A stretch of DNA of 64,000 nt. Source: Nitrospirota bacterium. GTDB taxonomy: Bacteria > Nitrospirota > JACRHJ01. The stretch is from positions 28,703-92,702 of the forward strand of contig JBARKJ010000042.1 in NCBI GenBank assembly GCA_049801375.1, written 5' to 3'. Below the pieces are notes generated by a model. It was given only the letters and a program-made list of their open reading frames with translations. It was not told the origin of the DNA and did no database searches. Below are positions 36,681-47,813 of this stretch, in pieces. The translations under genes were made by a program, and so were the position numbers. Each line of letters opens with the position of its first letter. Within the stretch, counting starts at the first letter, position 1.

Positions 36681-37316
36681 CTAAGGTATTCTCCAGTATG
36701 TGTGCAATATCCCGCTCGCCTGGAGCCTCTCGATAAAATACGCCAGCGGAATAAAAAGCAAAAACATGGTTCCGTCCAGAAGCGTCTTGGCCATGAGCTT
36801 AGGCTTTGCCGGAGCCTTCTCTCCCGCATGGAAACCAAAAATGTTTGGCAGAAAGGCCGGCACTTTTTCTTTATATGCGGTGAACGCGCTCCCGAAAAGC
36901 AGTTCCAGGCGCTTCTCCTCCGATTTGATAACGAACGGGTAATACAGCGAAAAAACCACGAGGTAAAGGATTATTACCGCCAGGTTCTCTAAGACAATGG
37001 ACGCGCCCAGCCCCCCCAGGAAAGAGAAAAAATAAAGCGGGTTCCTGCACATGGAATACGGCCCGTCCTGTACTAACTGGCTGTTTTTGCGCCCTCCTAT
37101 GTACATGGTGGACCACGCCCGCCCCGCGAGGCCCGCGAATATCAGCGCTGCTCCGCCATAATAGAACGCCCGGTCAATTGTCCCGCCCTCCGGCCAGCCG
37201 TGCCGAATAAAAAGTATCAGCGGAAGCCCGACCAGCAGGAATGCGCCAGTGATTACACGTCTGTTTCGCTCGAAAAAATTAAATGACTTCTTTACAGCGT
37301 CCTGCTCATCTCTCAT
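36681..37316 (-). CDS. Isoprenylcysteine carboxyl methyltransferase (ICMT/PEMT)-family membrane methyltransferase
   Basis: Start at MRDEQDAVKK, just after the tldD stop. There are 4-5 TM helices. The C-terminal motifs are RNPLYFFSFLG and EEKRLELLFGSAFTAYKEKVPAFLP, which are typical of the ICMT family. Confidence 0.6.
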   Translation of the reverse strand: MRDEQDAVKKSFNFFERNRRVITGAFLLVGLPLILFIRHGWPEGGTIDRAFYYGGAALIFAGLAGRAWSTMYIGGRKNSQLVQDGPYSMCRNPLYFFSFLGGLGASIVLENLAVIILYLVVFSLYYPFVIKSEEKRLELLFGSAFTAYKEKVPAFLPNIFGFHAGEKAPAKPKLMAKTLLDGTMFLLFIPLAYFIERLQASGILHTYWRIP

Positions 37317-38701
37317 CCGTGCATACCGCCTACAATTATATCCGTTATCAAAAGCGTCGGCTGGGCATCCGCGACTGGCGCGCCCTGACCGTCCTTGCCG
37401 CATGTCCCGATGGCAAATCCAAGGTCATTTCCGACCATCGTAATGCTGGAGAGCACCTGCGGCCCGTTCCCCACGAGAGTGGCGCCGCGCACCGGCTCAC
37501 CCATCTTGCCCTTCTCTATCAGGTAGCCTTCGCTTACTTCAAATACGAAATCCCCGTTCACCGTGTTGACCTGGCCGCCGCCCATCTTCTTCACCAGCAG
37601 GCCGCTGTCGCACGAGCGCAATATGTCGGAGGGATCGCTGTCGCCCGGCACGATCATAGTGTTAGTCATGCGCGGAATGGGCCGGGCCATGTATGATTCG
37701 CGTCTGCCGTTCCCGGTGGAGGAGGCTCCGTCTTTCATCGCTGTAAGCCTGTCGTACAAGAAACCTTTCAGAACCCCGCTCTCTACCAGCACGGTTTTCT
37801 GCGCCTCGACTCCTTCGTCGTCGAACCGGAATGAGCCGCGCCTGTTCGGGAGCGTAGCGTCGTCTACCACCGTTACGAGTGGCGAGCCCACCTGCTGGCC
37901 TACCTTTCCCGTATAAACGGATAGTCCATTCTGCGAGAGGTCCGCTTCCAGGCCGTGCCCGACCGCCTCGTGCACCATAGTCCCGCCAGCCTCGCTCGAA
38001 AGCACCACCGGCATCCTGCCGCCGGGCGCGGGCCGCGCCGAGAGCATCATCACCGCCCGCCTCGCCGCCTTTTCCCCAATCGAAACGGCAGGGAAATCTC
38101 TGAACAGCTCGAAACCGATATTCCCTCCGGCGGACTCATAGCCAGTCTGCACCGTGCTTCCGTCCTTCGCCACGGCGTTCACCGCCGCCACCAGGTAATA
38201 TCTCTCGTCATGGGCGAGCGTCCCGTCGGAGCAGGCGATAGTTACCTTCTGCAAGGTATCCCGGTACTGCACGGCGACCTGCGCAACCCTCTGGTCCACC
38301 GCCCGCGCCGCCCTGTCCGCTTCCTTGACGAGCGCAAGCTTCCTCTCCACCGCGACGCCTTCCGGCGGGTCGATTATCTTATGCACCACCGGCGGGCGCT
38401 TCTCCCGGAGGTCCAGGACAATGTCCCCGCTCCCGGCGCCCCCGCAGGCGCGCGCTATCTCCGCCGCAAGCGCCAGGAGCGCTTTCTCCGTCATGTCGTT
38501 CGTATAGGCGTAGATCGTCCTGAAGCCCGTAATGACGCGGAGGCCCGCGCCGGACTCGACGCCGGAGATGACCTTTTCCACCTTGCCGTCTTCGAGCGCA
38601 ATCGCCGTGGGGACCGTATGCTCTACGTACAGGTCGGCGTACTCGCCTCCCCGCGAGAGGGCGGCTTTCAGTATTTTTGAATAGTCCAATTCGTTTTCCA
38701 T
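37313..38701 (-). CDS. tldD: Metalloprotease TldD
   Basis: 462 aa. The HEAVGHGLE zinc-binding-like motif, GNGRRESY and the C-terminal GxC of TldD/PmbA are present. Confidence 0.85.
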   Translation of the reverse strand: MENELDYSKILKAALSRGGEYADLYVEHTVPTAIALEDGKVEKVISGVESGAGLRVITGFRTIYAYTNDMTEKALLALAAEIARACGGAGSGDIVLDLREKRPPVVHKIIDPPEGVAVERKLALVKEADRAARAVDQRVAQVAVQYRDTLQKVTIACSDGTLAHDERYYLVAAVNAVAKDGSTVQTGYESAGGNIGFELFRDFPAVSIGEKAARRAVMMLSARPAPGGRMPVVLSSEAGGTMVHEAVGHGLEADLSQNGLSVYTGKVGQQVGSPLVTVVDDATLPNRRGSFRFDDEGVEAQKTVLVESGVLKGFLYDRLTAMKDGASSTGNGRRESYMARPIPRMTNTMIVPGDSDPSDILRSCDSGLLVKKMGGGQVNTVNGDFVFEVSEGYLIEKGKMGEPVRGATLVGNGPQVLSSITMVGNDLGFAIGTCGKDGQGAPVADAQPTLLITDIIVGGMHG

Positions 38702-38710
38702 AATAAAAAA

Positions 38711-38732
38711 GGGGGATAAAATTTTATCCCCC
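38711..38732 (-). terminator. Hairpin with T-run downstream of asd, abutting the tldD start codon
   Basis: GGGGGATAAAATTTTATCCCCC is a perfect 22-nt palindrome. On the minus strand it is followed by TTTTTT and then ATTATG, the tldD start. Confidence 0.5.
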
Positions 38733-38833
38733 CAATTTTAACATAGTTTCGCTTTCTTTTGCGTCACTTTTCTTTCTCGCGAGATGATTTACCTGTCCAA
38801 AGCGATAGCGAAGACAGAAAGAAAAGTGACGGT

Positions 38834-39847
38834 TTATTTTATCAGCTCTTCCGCTATCTGAACCGCGTTAAGCGCCGCGCCCTTCCTCAGGTTGTCTGAG
38901 ACGACCCAGATGTTCAGGCCATTGTCGATGGACTCGTCCTCGCGGATGCGGCCCACGTACGTCGCGTCATGCCCCATAGCGTCGAGCGCGAGCGGGTAGA
39001 TATTCCTGGACGGGTCGTCCATCACTACCACCCCCGGCGCGGTGGAGAGTATCGCCCTCGCCTCGTTAGCCGTGAGCTTCTTCTCCGTCTCGATGTTCAC
39101 CGATTCCGAGTGGCTCCTGAAGACCGGGACGCGCACGGTAGTCGCGGTTACTTTGATATCGGGGTCGAGCATTTTATGCGTTTCGTTGACCATCTTCATC
39201 TCTTCCTTGGTATAGCCGTTCTCCAGGAAGGAATCGATGTGCGGAAGGCAGTTGAACGCTATCTGGTGCGGATAGACCTTCTTCTGGACCGGCTTGAAGT
39301 TTATCAGCGCGACGGTCTGCTCCATCAGCTCGTCCATCGCCTTTTTGCCGGTGCCGGAGACGGACTGGAAGGTGGTGACGACGATGCGCTTTATCTTCGC
39401 TGCGTCGTGCAGGGGCTTCAGCGCGACGACCATCTGTATAGTGGAACAGTTCGGGTTGGCGATAATGCCTTTAGGGATGGACTTCAAGTGGTGCGGGTTC
39501 ACCTCCGGCACTACGAGGGGCACGTCCGGGTCCATCCTCCACGCGCTGGAGTTGTCTATCACGATGCAGTTATCCGCGGCGGCAATCGGTGCGAACTCCA
39601 GGCTCCTCGAAGCCCCGGCGGAGAATAACGCGATGTCAACACCTTTGAAGGAGTTTTTATCCAGCTTGTGGACGGTCAGCTCGTGGCCCTTGAATTCGAC
39701 CTTTTTCCCCTCGGACTTCTCGGAAGCGTAAAGCTTTAGTTCCGATACAGGGAAATTTCTCTCCTCCAGCATGGCAAGCATCTCGACGCCGACCGCGCCG
39801 GTCGCGCCGACTACGGCAACGACATATTTTTCCTTCTTCTTAAGCAT
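38834..39847 (-). CDS. asd: Aspartate-semialdehyde dehydrogenase
   Basis: 337 aa. It has the VVGATGAVG Rossmann fold, the active-site NCSTI cysteine and the C-terminal Asd signature. Confidence 0.9.
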   Translation of the reverse strand: MLKKKEKYVVAVVGATGAVGVEMLAMLEERNFPVSELKLYASEKSEGKKVEFKGHELTVHKLDKNSFKGVDIALFSAGASRSLEFAPIAAADNCIVIDNSSAWRMDPDVPLVVPEVNPHHLKSIPKGIIANPNCSTIQMVVALKPLHDAAKIKRIVVTTFQSVSGTGKKAMDELMEQTVALINFKPVQKKVYPHQIAFNCLPHIDSFLENGYTKEEMKMVNETHKMLDPDIKVTATTVRVPVFRSHSESVNIETEKKLTANEARAILSTAPGVVVMDDPSRNIYPLALDAMGHDATYVGRIREDESIDNGLNIWVVSDNLRKGAALNAVQIAEELIK

Positions 39848-39865
39848 TTCCTAAACCCCCGGGTT

Positions 39866-40927
39866 TTATGCTTCTTTAACGAACTTCGCCACCATACTGC
39901 CGACTTCGCTCGTGCCCATGCCCATCTTGCCCGCGGCAAGGCTGTCCATCTTCGAGATGGCCTTTATAACCGACTTCTCTATCCAGCCCGCCGCCTTCGT
40001 CTCGCCCAGGTGGTCGAGCATCATTTGAGCAGCACATATGGCCGCGAGCGGGTTAATAATATTTAGACCCGTATATTTAGGCGCGGAGCCGCCGATCGGC
40101 TCGAACATCGAGACGCCTTTCGGGTTAATGTTGCCGCCGGCGGCGATACCCATGCCGCCCTGCGTCATCGCGCCAAGGTCCGTAATGATATCGCCGAACA
40201 TGTTGTCCGTAACAATAACATCAAACCATTCCGGGTTCTTCACCATCCACATCGTCGTCGCGTCCACGTGCGCGTAATCCGCCTTTATCTTCGGGTACTC
40301 CTTCGCCACTTCATAGAATGCCCGCTCCCAAAGGTCGAACGCGAACGTCAGGACGTTCGTCTTTCCGCAGAGCGTGACCTTCTTCCTCCCGCTTTTTTTT
40401 GCGTACTCGAACGCATACCGGATGCAGCGCTCCACGCCCTTCCGCGTGTTGATGGACTCCTGAATCGCGACCTCGTCCAGCGTGCCTTTCTTCAGCACTC
40501 CGCCAGCGCCGGCATAAAGCCCCTCGGTGTTCTCCCGCACCACCACGTAATCTATTTCTTTCGGCCCCTTGTCCTTGAGCGGGGTCTCAACGCCGGGGAA
40601 AAGCTTGACCGGACGGAGGTTCACGTAGAGGTCCAGCGCGAAGCGGGTCTTGAGAAGGATGCCCTTCTCAAGAATTCCGGGAGCCACGTCCGGGTGTCCG
40701 ATTGCGCCCAGGAGTATTGCGTCGAACTCTCTCAGCCCATCTATTTCCTTATCGCTGATAGTCTCGCCGGTTTTTTTGTATCGCTCCCCGCCGTAATTGA
40801 AGCTTTTGAAACTGAGCGAAAAACCGCCCCTCTTTGCCGCCGCCTTGACTACCTTCACCGCCTCGGCAACAACCTCCGGCCCTGTCCCGTCGCCGGGCAT
40901 GAGCGCAATCTTATAGCTCTTTGGCAT
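39866..40927 (-). CDS. leuB: 3-isopropylmalate dehydrogenase
   Basis: 353 aa. The isocitrate/isopropylmalate dehydrogenase motifs are NLRP, DVIVTDNMFGDIITD and GSAP. Confidence 0.9.
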   Translation of the reverse strand: MPKSYKIALMPGDGTGPEVVAEAVKVVKAAAKRGGFSLSFKSFNYGGERYKKTGETISDKEIDGLREFDAILLGAIGHPDVAPGILEKGILLKTRFALDLYVNLRPVKLFPGVETPLKDKGPKEIDYVVVRENTEGLYAGAGGVLKKGTLDEVAIQESINTRKGVERCIRYAFEYAKKSGRKKVTLCGKTNVLTFAFDLWERAFYEVAKEYPKIKADYAHVDATTMWMVKNPEWFDVIVTDNMFGDIITDLGAMTQGGMGIAAGGNINPKGVSMFEPIGGSAPKYTGLNIINPLAAICAAQMMLDHLGETKAAGWIEKSVIKAISKMDSLAAGKMGMGTSEVGSMVAKFVKEA

Positions 40928-40954
40928 CCTGAAATTTCTCCCTTCGATTTTTAA

Positions 40955-41452
40955 TTACGCGACCTTTTTCTTTACCCACTCCATCAGTCCGCCCGCGGAA
41001 ATCAGTTCCTGCATGAACGGCGGTATGGGGTTGGCCTGATAGGTCTTTTTTGTCGTGAGGTTCTTTATTATCCCTTTTTCCGCGTCCACCTCGATTGCGT
41101 CCCCTTGCGAAATTCCGTCAACGGCTTCCGGGCATTCAAATATCGGAAGACCCATGTTGAACGAGTTGCGGTAGAATATCCTTGCAAATGTCTTCGCCAC
41201 GACGCACGAGACTCCCGCCGCCTTTATTGCTATCGGGGCGTGCTCGCGAGAGGAGCCGCAGCCGAAGTTCTTGTCGGCCACGATGATGTCGCCCTTGCCC
41301 ATTTTTTTAATGAAATCCGGCTGTTTCGAGTCTTCCATGAGGTGCTTCGCAAGCTCCGACGGCTCCGACGTATTCAGATACCTCGCCGGGATTATCGCGT
41401 CTGTGTCTATATCCGCGCCGAACTTCCAGGCCTTTCCTTTTAATTTCATCAT
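40955..41452 (-). CDS. leuD: 3-isopropylmalate dehydratase small subunit
   Basis: The true start is [18 protein letters not shown], with ATGATG preceded by ggagg. The long upstream extension in the ORF track is rejected. The LeuD/aconitase swivel domain is about 165 aa. Confidence 0.85.
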   Translation of the reverse strand: MMKLKGKAWKFGADIDTDAIIPARYLNTSEPSELAKHLMEDSKQPDFIKKMGKGDIIVADKNFGCGSSREHAPIAIKAAGVSCVVAKTFARIFYRNSFNMGLPIFECPEAVDGISQGDAIEVDAEKGIIKNLTTKKTYQANPIPPFMQELISAGGLMEWVKKKVA

Positions 41453-41464
41453 GCCTCCAAGGTC

Positions 41465-41507
41465 CCACTTTCTTTTGGAAAAAAGAAAGTGGACAAAGAA
41501 AACCGTA
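41465..41507 (-). promoter_or_regulatory. Conserved leader hairpin element, copy 1 (12-bp stem, GGAA loop, conserved tail), immediately upstream of the leuD RBS
   Basis: ccactttctttt-ggaa-aaaagaaagtgg followed by acaaagaaaaccgta. It is the same element as at 44387-44431, with compensatory stem changes. Confidence 0.55.
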
Positions 41508-41523
41508 CTAGAAAAGTAACGAC

Positions 41524-42783
41524 TTAAAGTTCTTCCGGACTGCCGATGCGCCCCAATATCGCCGATGCGGCCGCGATTGCCGGGTTGGAGAGATATACCT
41601 CCGACTCCGGGTGTCCCATGCGCCCGACGAAGTTCCTGTTCGTCGTTGCGATTGAACGCTCGCCCTTGGCGAGTATTCCCATGTGCCCGCCGAGGCACGG
41701 CCCGCATGTGGGCGTGGAAACCGCCGCCTGCGCGTCCAGGAATATATCGAAAAGTCCTTCTTTCATCGCCTGCTTGTATATCGCCTGGGTGGCCGGGATT
41801 ATTATCATCCGCACGTCCGGATGGACTTTGCGGCCTTTAAGCACTTTAGCCGCTATCCGCAGGTCCTCGATCCTTCCGTTAGTGCAGGAGCCGACGACGG
41901 ATTGATCGATCTTTATATGGGACAGCTGGCTTACGCCTTTCGTGTTCTCCGGCAGATGCGGGCATGCCACCTGCGGCTCTATCTCCCTGCAGTCGTACTC
42001 GCGCACCTCTGCGTAATTGGCCTTCTTGTCCGACTTGTAGTACTTCGGCCTTCTCTTCGTCCTACCGTTTTCGTAATCCCTGGTTATGTCGTCAGGCGCG
42101 ATGATGCCGTTTTTCCCCCCAGCCTCGATCGCCATATTCGCCATCGTGAGCCGCCCTGACATATCCATCCTGTCGATTACCTCGCCCGTGAACTCCATCG
42201 CTTTATAAAGCGCGCCGTCCACGCCGATGTCGCCGATGGTTGCCAGGATGAGGTCTTTCCCGGATACCCATTTCCTGAGCTTGCCAAAGTACACGAACTT
42301 GATGCTCTCCGGCACCTTGAACCATATCTCACCCGTTATCATCGCCGCGGCGACATCCGTGCTGCCGACGCCCGTCGCGAAGGCGCCGAGGCCGCCGTAT
42401 GTGCAAGTATGGGAGTCCGCACCGATTATGACGTCGCCGGATACCGCCAGCCCCTGCTCCGGAAGGAGCGCGTGCTCGATTCCCATCCTGCCGACTTCGA
42501 AGTAATTCGTCAGGGCGTGCTCTTTGGCGAACTCCCTGAGGAGCTTGGACTGCTCCGCGGACTGGATGTCCTTGTTAGGCGTGAAGTGGTCCGGGACGAG
42601 CACGATGCGAGTTTTGTCGAAGACCTTTTTTGCGCCCGACTTGCGGAACTCTTTAATAGAAATGGGCGCGGTAATGTCGTTTGCCAGAACCACGTCCACC
42701 TTCGCGTTTATCAGCTCTCCCGGTACGACCTCTTTCTTGCGAGAGTGGAAGGCCAGGATTTTTTCGGTAATAGTCATTGGCAT
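41524..42783 (-). CDS. leuC: 3-isopropylmalate dehydratase large subunit (archaeal-type, about 420 aa LeuC)
   Basis: 419 aa. It is an aconitase-family protein with Fe-S cysteines (CTNGR, TCGPCLG). Confidence 0.9.
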   Translation of the reverse strand: MPMTITEKILAFHSRKKEVVPGELINAKVDVVLANDITAPISIKEFRKSGAKKVFDKTRIVLVPDHFTPNKDIQSAEQSKLLREFAKEHALTNYFEVGRMGIEHALLPEQGLAVSGDVIIGADSHTCTYGGLGAFATGVGSTDVAAAMITGEIWFKVPESIKFVYFGKLRKWVSGKDLILATIGDIGVDGALYKAMEFTGEVIDRMDMSGRLTMANMAIEAGGKNGIIAPDDITRDYENGRTKRRPKYYKSDKKANYAEVREYDCREIEPQVACPHLPENTKGVSQLSHIKIDQSVVGSCTNGRIEDLRIAAKVLKGRKVHPDVRMIIIPATQAIYKQAMKEGLFDIFLDAQAAVSTPTCGPCLGGHMGILAKGERSIATTNRNFVGRMGHPESEVYLSNPAIAAASAILGRIGSPEEL

Positions 42784-42819
42784 ATGTATAAAACCTCCGT
42801 TAAACTGCTGATATTATCA

Positions 42820-44364
42820 TCACTCGCACATCTTTTCAACCGTTTTTTCGCCGCGTTTCTTAAGATATGCGAGCTTATTCAGGGCGTTAATATAAGCCTT
42901 CGCGGACGCTACGATGATGTCCGTATCGGAGCCCTGGCCCATCACCGTAAAATCACCTTCCTTTAGACGCACCACGACCTCGCCCTGCGCGTCCGTCCCG
43001 CCGGTGATGGCCTTCACTTCATAGGCGAGCATGGTGCTTCCGGTTTTGACCACCTCCGCGATTGTCCTGAGCGCGGCGTCCACCGGCCCGTCGCCGGTAG
43101 AGGACGTCTCCACCTCTTTACCGTCCACTGCCAGGACAATATCCGCCTGCGGCTTCGTATCCGTTCCGCTCCGCACGAAAAGTTTTTTCAACTCGTACGC
43201 CTGAGGTATCCGGAAAACCTCCTCCGCAATCAGCGCTTCCAGGTCCTCGTCGAATATGTCCTTCTTCTGGTCCGCGAGCTTCTTGAACCGCTCGAACACC
43301 CCGTTCAGTTCATCTTCGGAAAGCGAATATCCAAGTTGAGTCAGCCTGTTCCGGAACGCGTGCCTGCCGGAATGTTTCCCCAATATCAGGGTACTCTGCG
43401 TCAGGCCCACCGACTCCGGCGTCATTATTTCGTATGTCGATTTCTCCTTCAGGAACCCGTCCTGATGTATGCCGGATTCGTGCGCAAATGCATTCGCTCC
43501 GACTATGGCCTTGTTCGCCTGCACGGTCATTCCCGTTACGCTCCTGACCAGGCGGGACGCAGCCATTATCTCTTCCGTCACTATGTCCGTACGCGCCTCG
43601 AAGTAAGCTTCCCGCGTCCGTAGCGCCATCACGACCTCTTCCATCGACGCGTTGCCCGCGCGCTCGCCGATGCCGTTGATGGTGCATTCCACCTGCCCGG
43701 CTCCGCTCAGGACGGCCGCCAGAGAGTTCGACACCGCAAGCCCCAGGTCGTTGTGGCAATGCACCGAGATAACCGCTTTGTCGATATTCGGGACACGGTC
43801 GAATAGGGCCTTAATGCGGTCGCCGTACTCCTGCGGTATCGCATAGCCCACGGTGTCGGGGATGTTAACCGTGGTCGCGCCCGCCGCAATCACCGCCTCC
43901 ACCACCTTGCAGAGATAATCGATGTCCGAGCGTGTCGCGTCCTCCGCGGAGAACTCCACGTCGTCCGTATAATTGCGCGCCCGCTTCACCGCCGCAATCG
44001 CCATCTCCAGAACTTGCTCGCGCGTTTTCTTGAGTTTGAATTTCAGATGTATGTCCGAGGTCGCGAGAAACGTATGTATCCGTCCGCGCCCGGCGGGTTT
44101 TATCGCCTCGGCCGCACGGTCGATATCCTTGTCCGTCGTCCGCGCCAGACCGCATATCACCGGTCCTTTTACCTCCTGCGCTATACGCCTCACCGCCTCG
44201 AAATCGCCTTCCGATGCGATAGGGAACCCGGCCTCGATTATATCCACCTTCATCCTGGCCAACTGCCGGGCGACCATCAGCTTCTCCTCGATATTCATGG
44301 AACAGCCCGGAGACTGCTCGCCGTCGCGTAAGGTCGTATCGAATATTTTTATGATGCGGGACAT
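42820..44364 (-). CDS. leuA: 2-isopropylmalate synthase
   Basis: 514 aa. The HMGL-like TIM barrel reads DTTLRDGEQ...[10 protein letters not shown]. The C-terminal LeuA dimerisation/regulatory domain is present. Confidence 0.9.
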   Translation of the reverse strand: MSRIIKIFDTTLRDGEQSPGCSMNIEEKLMVARQLARMKVDIIEAGFPIASEGDFEAVRRIAQEVKGPVICGLARTTDKDIDRAAEAIKPAGRGRIHTFLATSDIHLKFKLKKTREQVLEMAIAAVKRARNYTDDVEFSAEDATRSDIDYLCKVVEAVIAAGATTVNIPDTVGYAIPQEYGDRIKALFDRVPNIDKAVISVHCHNDLGLAVSNSLAAVLSGAGQVECTINGIGERAGNASMEEVVMALRTREAYFEARTDIVTEEIMAASRLVRSVTGMTVQANKAIVGANAFAHESGIHQDGFLKEKSTYEIMTPESVGLTQSTLILGKHSGRHAFRNRLTQLGYSLSEDELNGVFERFKKLADQKKDIFDEDLEALIAEEVFRIPQAYELKKLFVRSGTDTKPQADIVLAVDGKEVETSSTGDGPVDAALRTIAEVVKTGSTMLAYEVKAITGGTDAQGEVVVRLKEGDFTVMGQGSDTDIIVASAKAYINALNKLAYLKKRGEKTVEKMCE

Positions 44365-44386
44365 TCAATGCCTCCTTATTTCAACC

Positions 44387-44431
44387 GTTACTTTCTTTTG
44401 GAAAAAAGAAAGTAACACAAAGAAAACCGTA
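44387..44431 (-). promoter_or_regulatory. Conserved leader hairpin element, copy 2 (13-bp stem, GGAA loop, conserved tail), in the leuA 5' UTR
   Basis: gttactttctttt-ggaa-aaaagaaagtaac followed by acaaagaaaaccgta. About 22 nt then separate it from the leuA RBS and ATG. Confidence 0.55.
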
Positions 44432-44612
44432 AATGAAAAAATTCAGGATAAGCGGTCATTCCGCGTAGATAAGGAATCTGCGGTTGCTTTAAAAAGTCAA
44501 CCGTGAGTCCCTCAACTGCGGCCGGGACGACAAATTTCAAGCAAGCGCGCAGGCCGACAGGGATCGCCTGAAGGCCATGAACCTCACTTTTTTAACAGAA
44601 GTGTCCATAATT

Positions 44613-44656
44613 AAAAAGCCCCCGCCCATTACTTGATTAAAGTAAGGGACGAGGGC
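44613..44656 (-). terminator. Rho-independent terminator downstream of pssA (end of the ilv-psd-pssA operon)
   Basis: The minus strand reads GCCCTCGTCCCTTACTT...AAGTAATGGGCGGGGGC followed by TTTTT. The stem is imperfect but GC-rich. Confidence 0.45.
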
Positions 44657-44904
44657 TGATAAATTTTCCCCCGCGGTACCACCCTAATTCAACGGTAAAG
44701 TTAATTACCGCCGCGCTTGATTCGTCTTTTACGCAGACTCACGGAGGGAACTAATGAGGGATAGCCAGCGTATTTTTAGTTCGCTGCGTATATGCCCCCT
44801 CGCGCCCCCGGCTCCGAGGCGAGTTCAGCGGAAGTCGGCACCGGTTTACACCACCCACCGGCTCTCTTTGGCCGCTTGCCGCCTACTACTCCTCTTCTCA
44901 GCCT

Positions 44905-45627
44905 TTATGCTTGTGGCCTCATCTTAACCCGTCTTTTTCGGAATGTCAATACCCACTCCACCAGGGCCCAGGCGATGTATGCCATGCTCAGGATAAAAAG
45001 CACCACCGGCGGGTTCGCCGCGACAGCCACCAGAAGGACCACCGCCACCAGGAGCATCCAGAAAGGACGCCTGTCCCGGACGTTCAGTTCCTTTAAGCTA
45101 TGGAAGCGAACGGTGCTTATCATAAGTAATGCGACTATATAGATCATAATGAGGACGAGGAAGTTCTGCGGCGGTATAACGGAAACAACGTCGGTCCAGA
45201 ATATGACAAATGTCGCCAGGGCCGCCGCACCGCCGGGAATGGGAAGGCCCGTGAACCATTTCTTCTCCGAACCAACCTTCTGCACGTTAAACCGCGCAAG
45301 CCGAAGCGCACCGCATACGACAAAAGTGAACGCGCCTACCCAGCCCCAGCGATGGAAAGGCATCAGTGCCCAGATATAGAACATCACTGCGGGCGCAACG
45401 CCGAACGAGACCAAATCCGAGAGCGAGTCCAACTCGACTCCGAACTGGCTGGTGGTCTTGGTCATCCTCGCCACCCAGCCGTCCAGCGCGTCGAAAATGG
45501 TGGCGGTAAGTATGGCCCACGCGGCCATGTCGAAGTCGCCTTTTATGGAGGCGACTATGGAGAAAAAACCGAAGAACATCCCCCCGACCGTCAGGAGGTT
45601 CGGGAGTATGTAGATGCCTTTCCTCAA
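44905..45627 (-). CDS. pssA: CDP-diacylglycerol--serine O-phosphatidyltransferase (CDP-alcohol phosphatidyltransferase family)
   Basis: 240 aa. The CDP-OH transferase motif is DALDGWVAR...G...D..SD.V.FGVAP. It has multiple TM helices. Confidence 0.8.
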   Translation of the reverse strand: MRKGIYILPNLLTVGGMFFGFFSIVASIKGDFDMAAWAILTATIFDALDGWVARMTKTTSQFGVELDSLSDLVSFGVAPAVMFYIWALMPFHRWGWVGAFTFVVCGALRLARFNVQKVGSEKKWFTGLPIPGGAAALATFVIFWTDVVSVIPPQNFLVLIMIYIVALLMISTVRFHSLKELNVRDRRPFWMLLVAVVLLVAVAANPPVVLFILSMAYIAWALVEWVLTFRKRRVKMRPQA

Positions 45628-46265
45628 TTCAGCACCCCGACAATGGTTTCGCCCGCCTTAGTCTTGTCGCCTGGTTTCAGCTTCACTTCGCTCCCCACCG
45701 GCAGATATATGTCCAGCCTGGAGCCGAACATGATAAGGCCGAACCTCTCCCCTCGCCTCAAGTGGTCGCCGGGTTTTACCCAGCAGACTATGCGACGCGC
45801 GACCAGACCGGCGATCTGCACGAACATGATTTTCCGGCCCCTGTCCGTCTCCATCACGAGCGCATTCTGCTCGTTCTCCAGAGAGGCCTTATCCTTGTTT
45901 GCGGAGATGAACTTACCCTTATTATAATGTATTTCCATAATTTTGCCGCTCTCCGGCATCCGGTTGACGTGGACATTGAAGACGCTCATGAAGATGGATA
46001 CCTTAACCGCGCGGCCCTTCAGAATCCTTGGCTCGTCCACCTCGCCCACGTAAATCACCGTCCCGTCCGCCGGAGATACCACGAGGTTCTCACCCGCCGG
46101 CGCATGCCGTTCAGGGTTGCGGAAAAACGAAAGTGCAAAAACGGTCAAGGCCGTCATTATTACGGCGGCCTTGTACCATCCAGCTATCCAGAGGGCTGCG
46201 GTAATCGCCGCAAATACGCCGATTACCGGCAGGCCCTCGAGGGCTATTATACTGCTATGTCCCAA
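45624..46265 (-). CDS. psd: Phosphatidylserine decarboxylase proenzyme (short/archaeal type)
   Basis: 213 aa. It has an N-terminal TM anchor and the C-terminal LIMFGSRLDIY motif, which contains the GS autocleavage site. Confidence 0.8.
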   Translation of the reverse strand: MGHSSIIALEGLPVIGVFAAITAALWIAGWYKAAVIMTALTVFALSFFRNPERHAPAGENLVVSPADGTVIYVGEVDEPRILKGRAVKVSIFMSVFNVHVNRMPESGKIMEIHYNKGKFISANKDKASLENEQNALVMETDRGRKIMFVQIAGLVARRIVCWVKPGDHLRRGERFGLIMFGSRLDIYLPVGSEVKLKPGDKTKAGETIVGVLN

Positions 46266-46274
46266 TATGTTCCT

Positions 46275-47812
<1,538 letters not shown>

Positions 47813-47813
47813 C

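Noticed and set aside
40955-41707. 250-aa reading of leuD
   Set aside because: The upstream 85 aa are Arg/Gly-rich and run through the leader hairpin. The true start, ATGATG at 41452, has a GGAGG RBS.
44432-44904. Search for a leucine leader peptide, T-box or attenuator upstream of leuA
   Set aside because: By eye there is no short ORF with a run of Leu codons and no T-box specifier or antiterminator pattern. Only the pssA terminator and the conserved hairpin were found.
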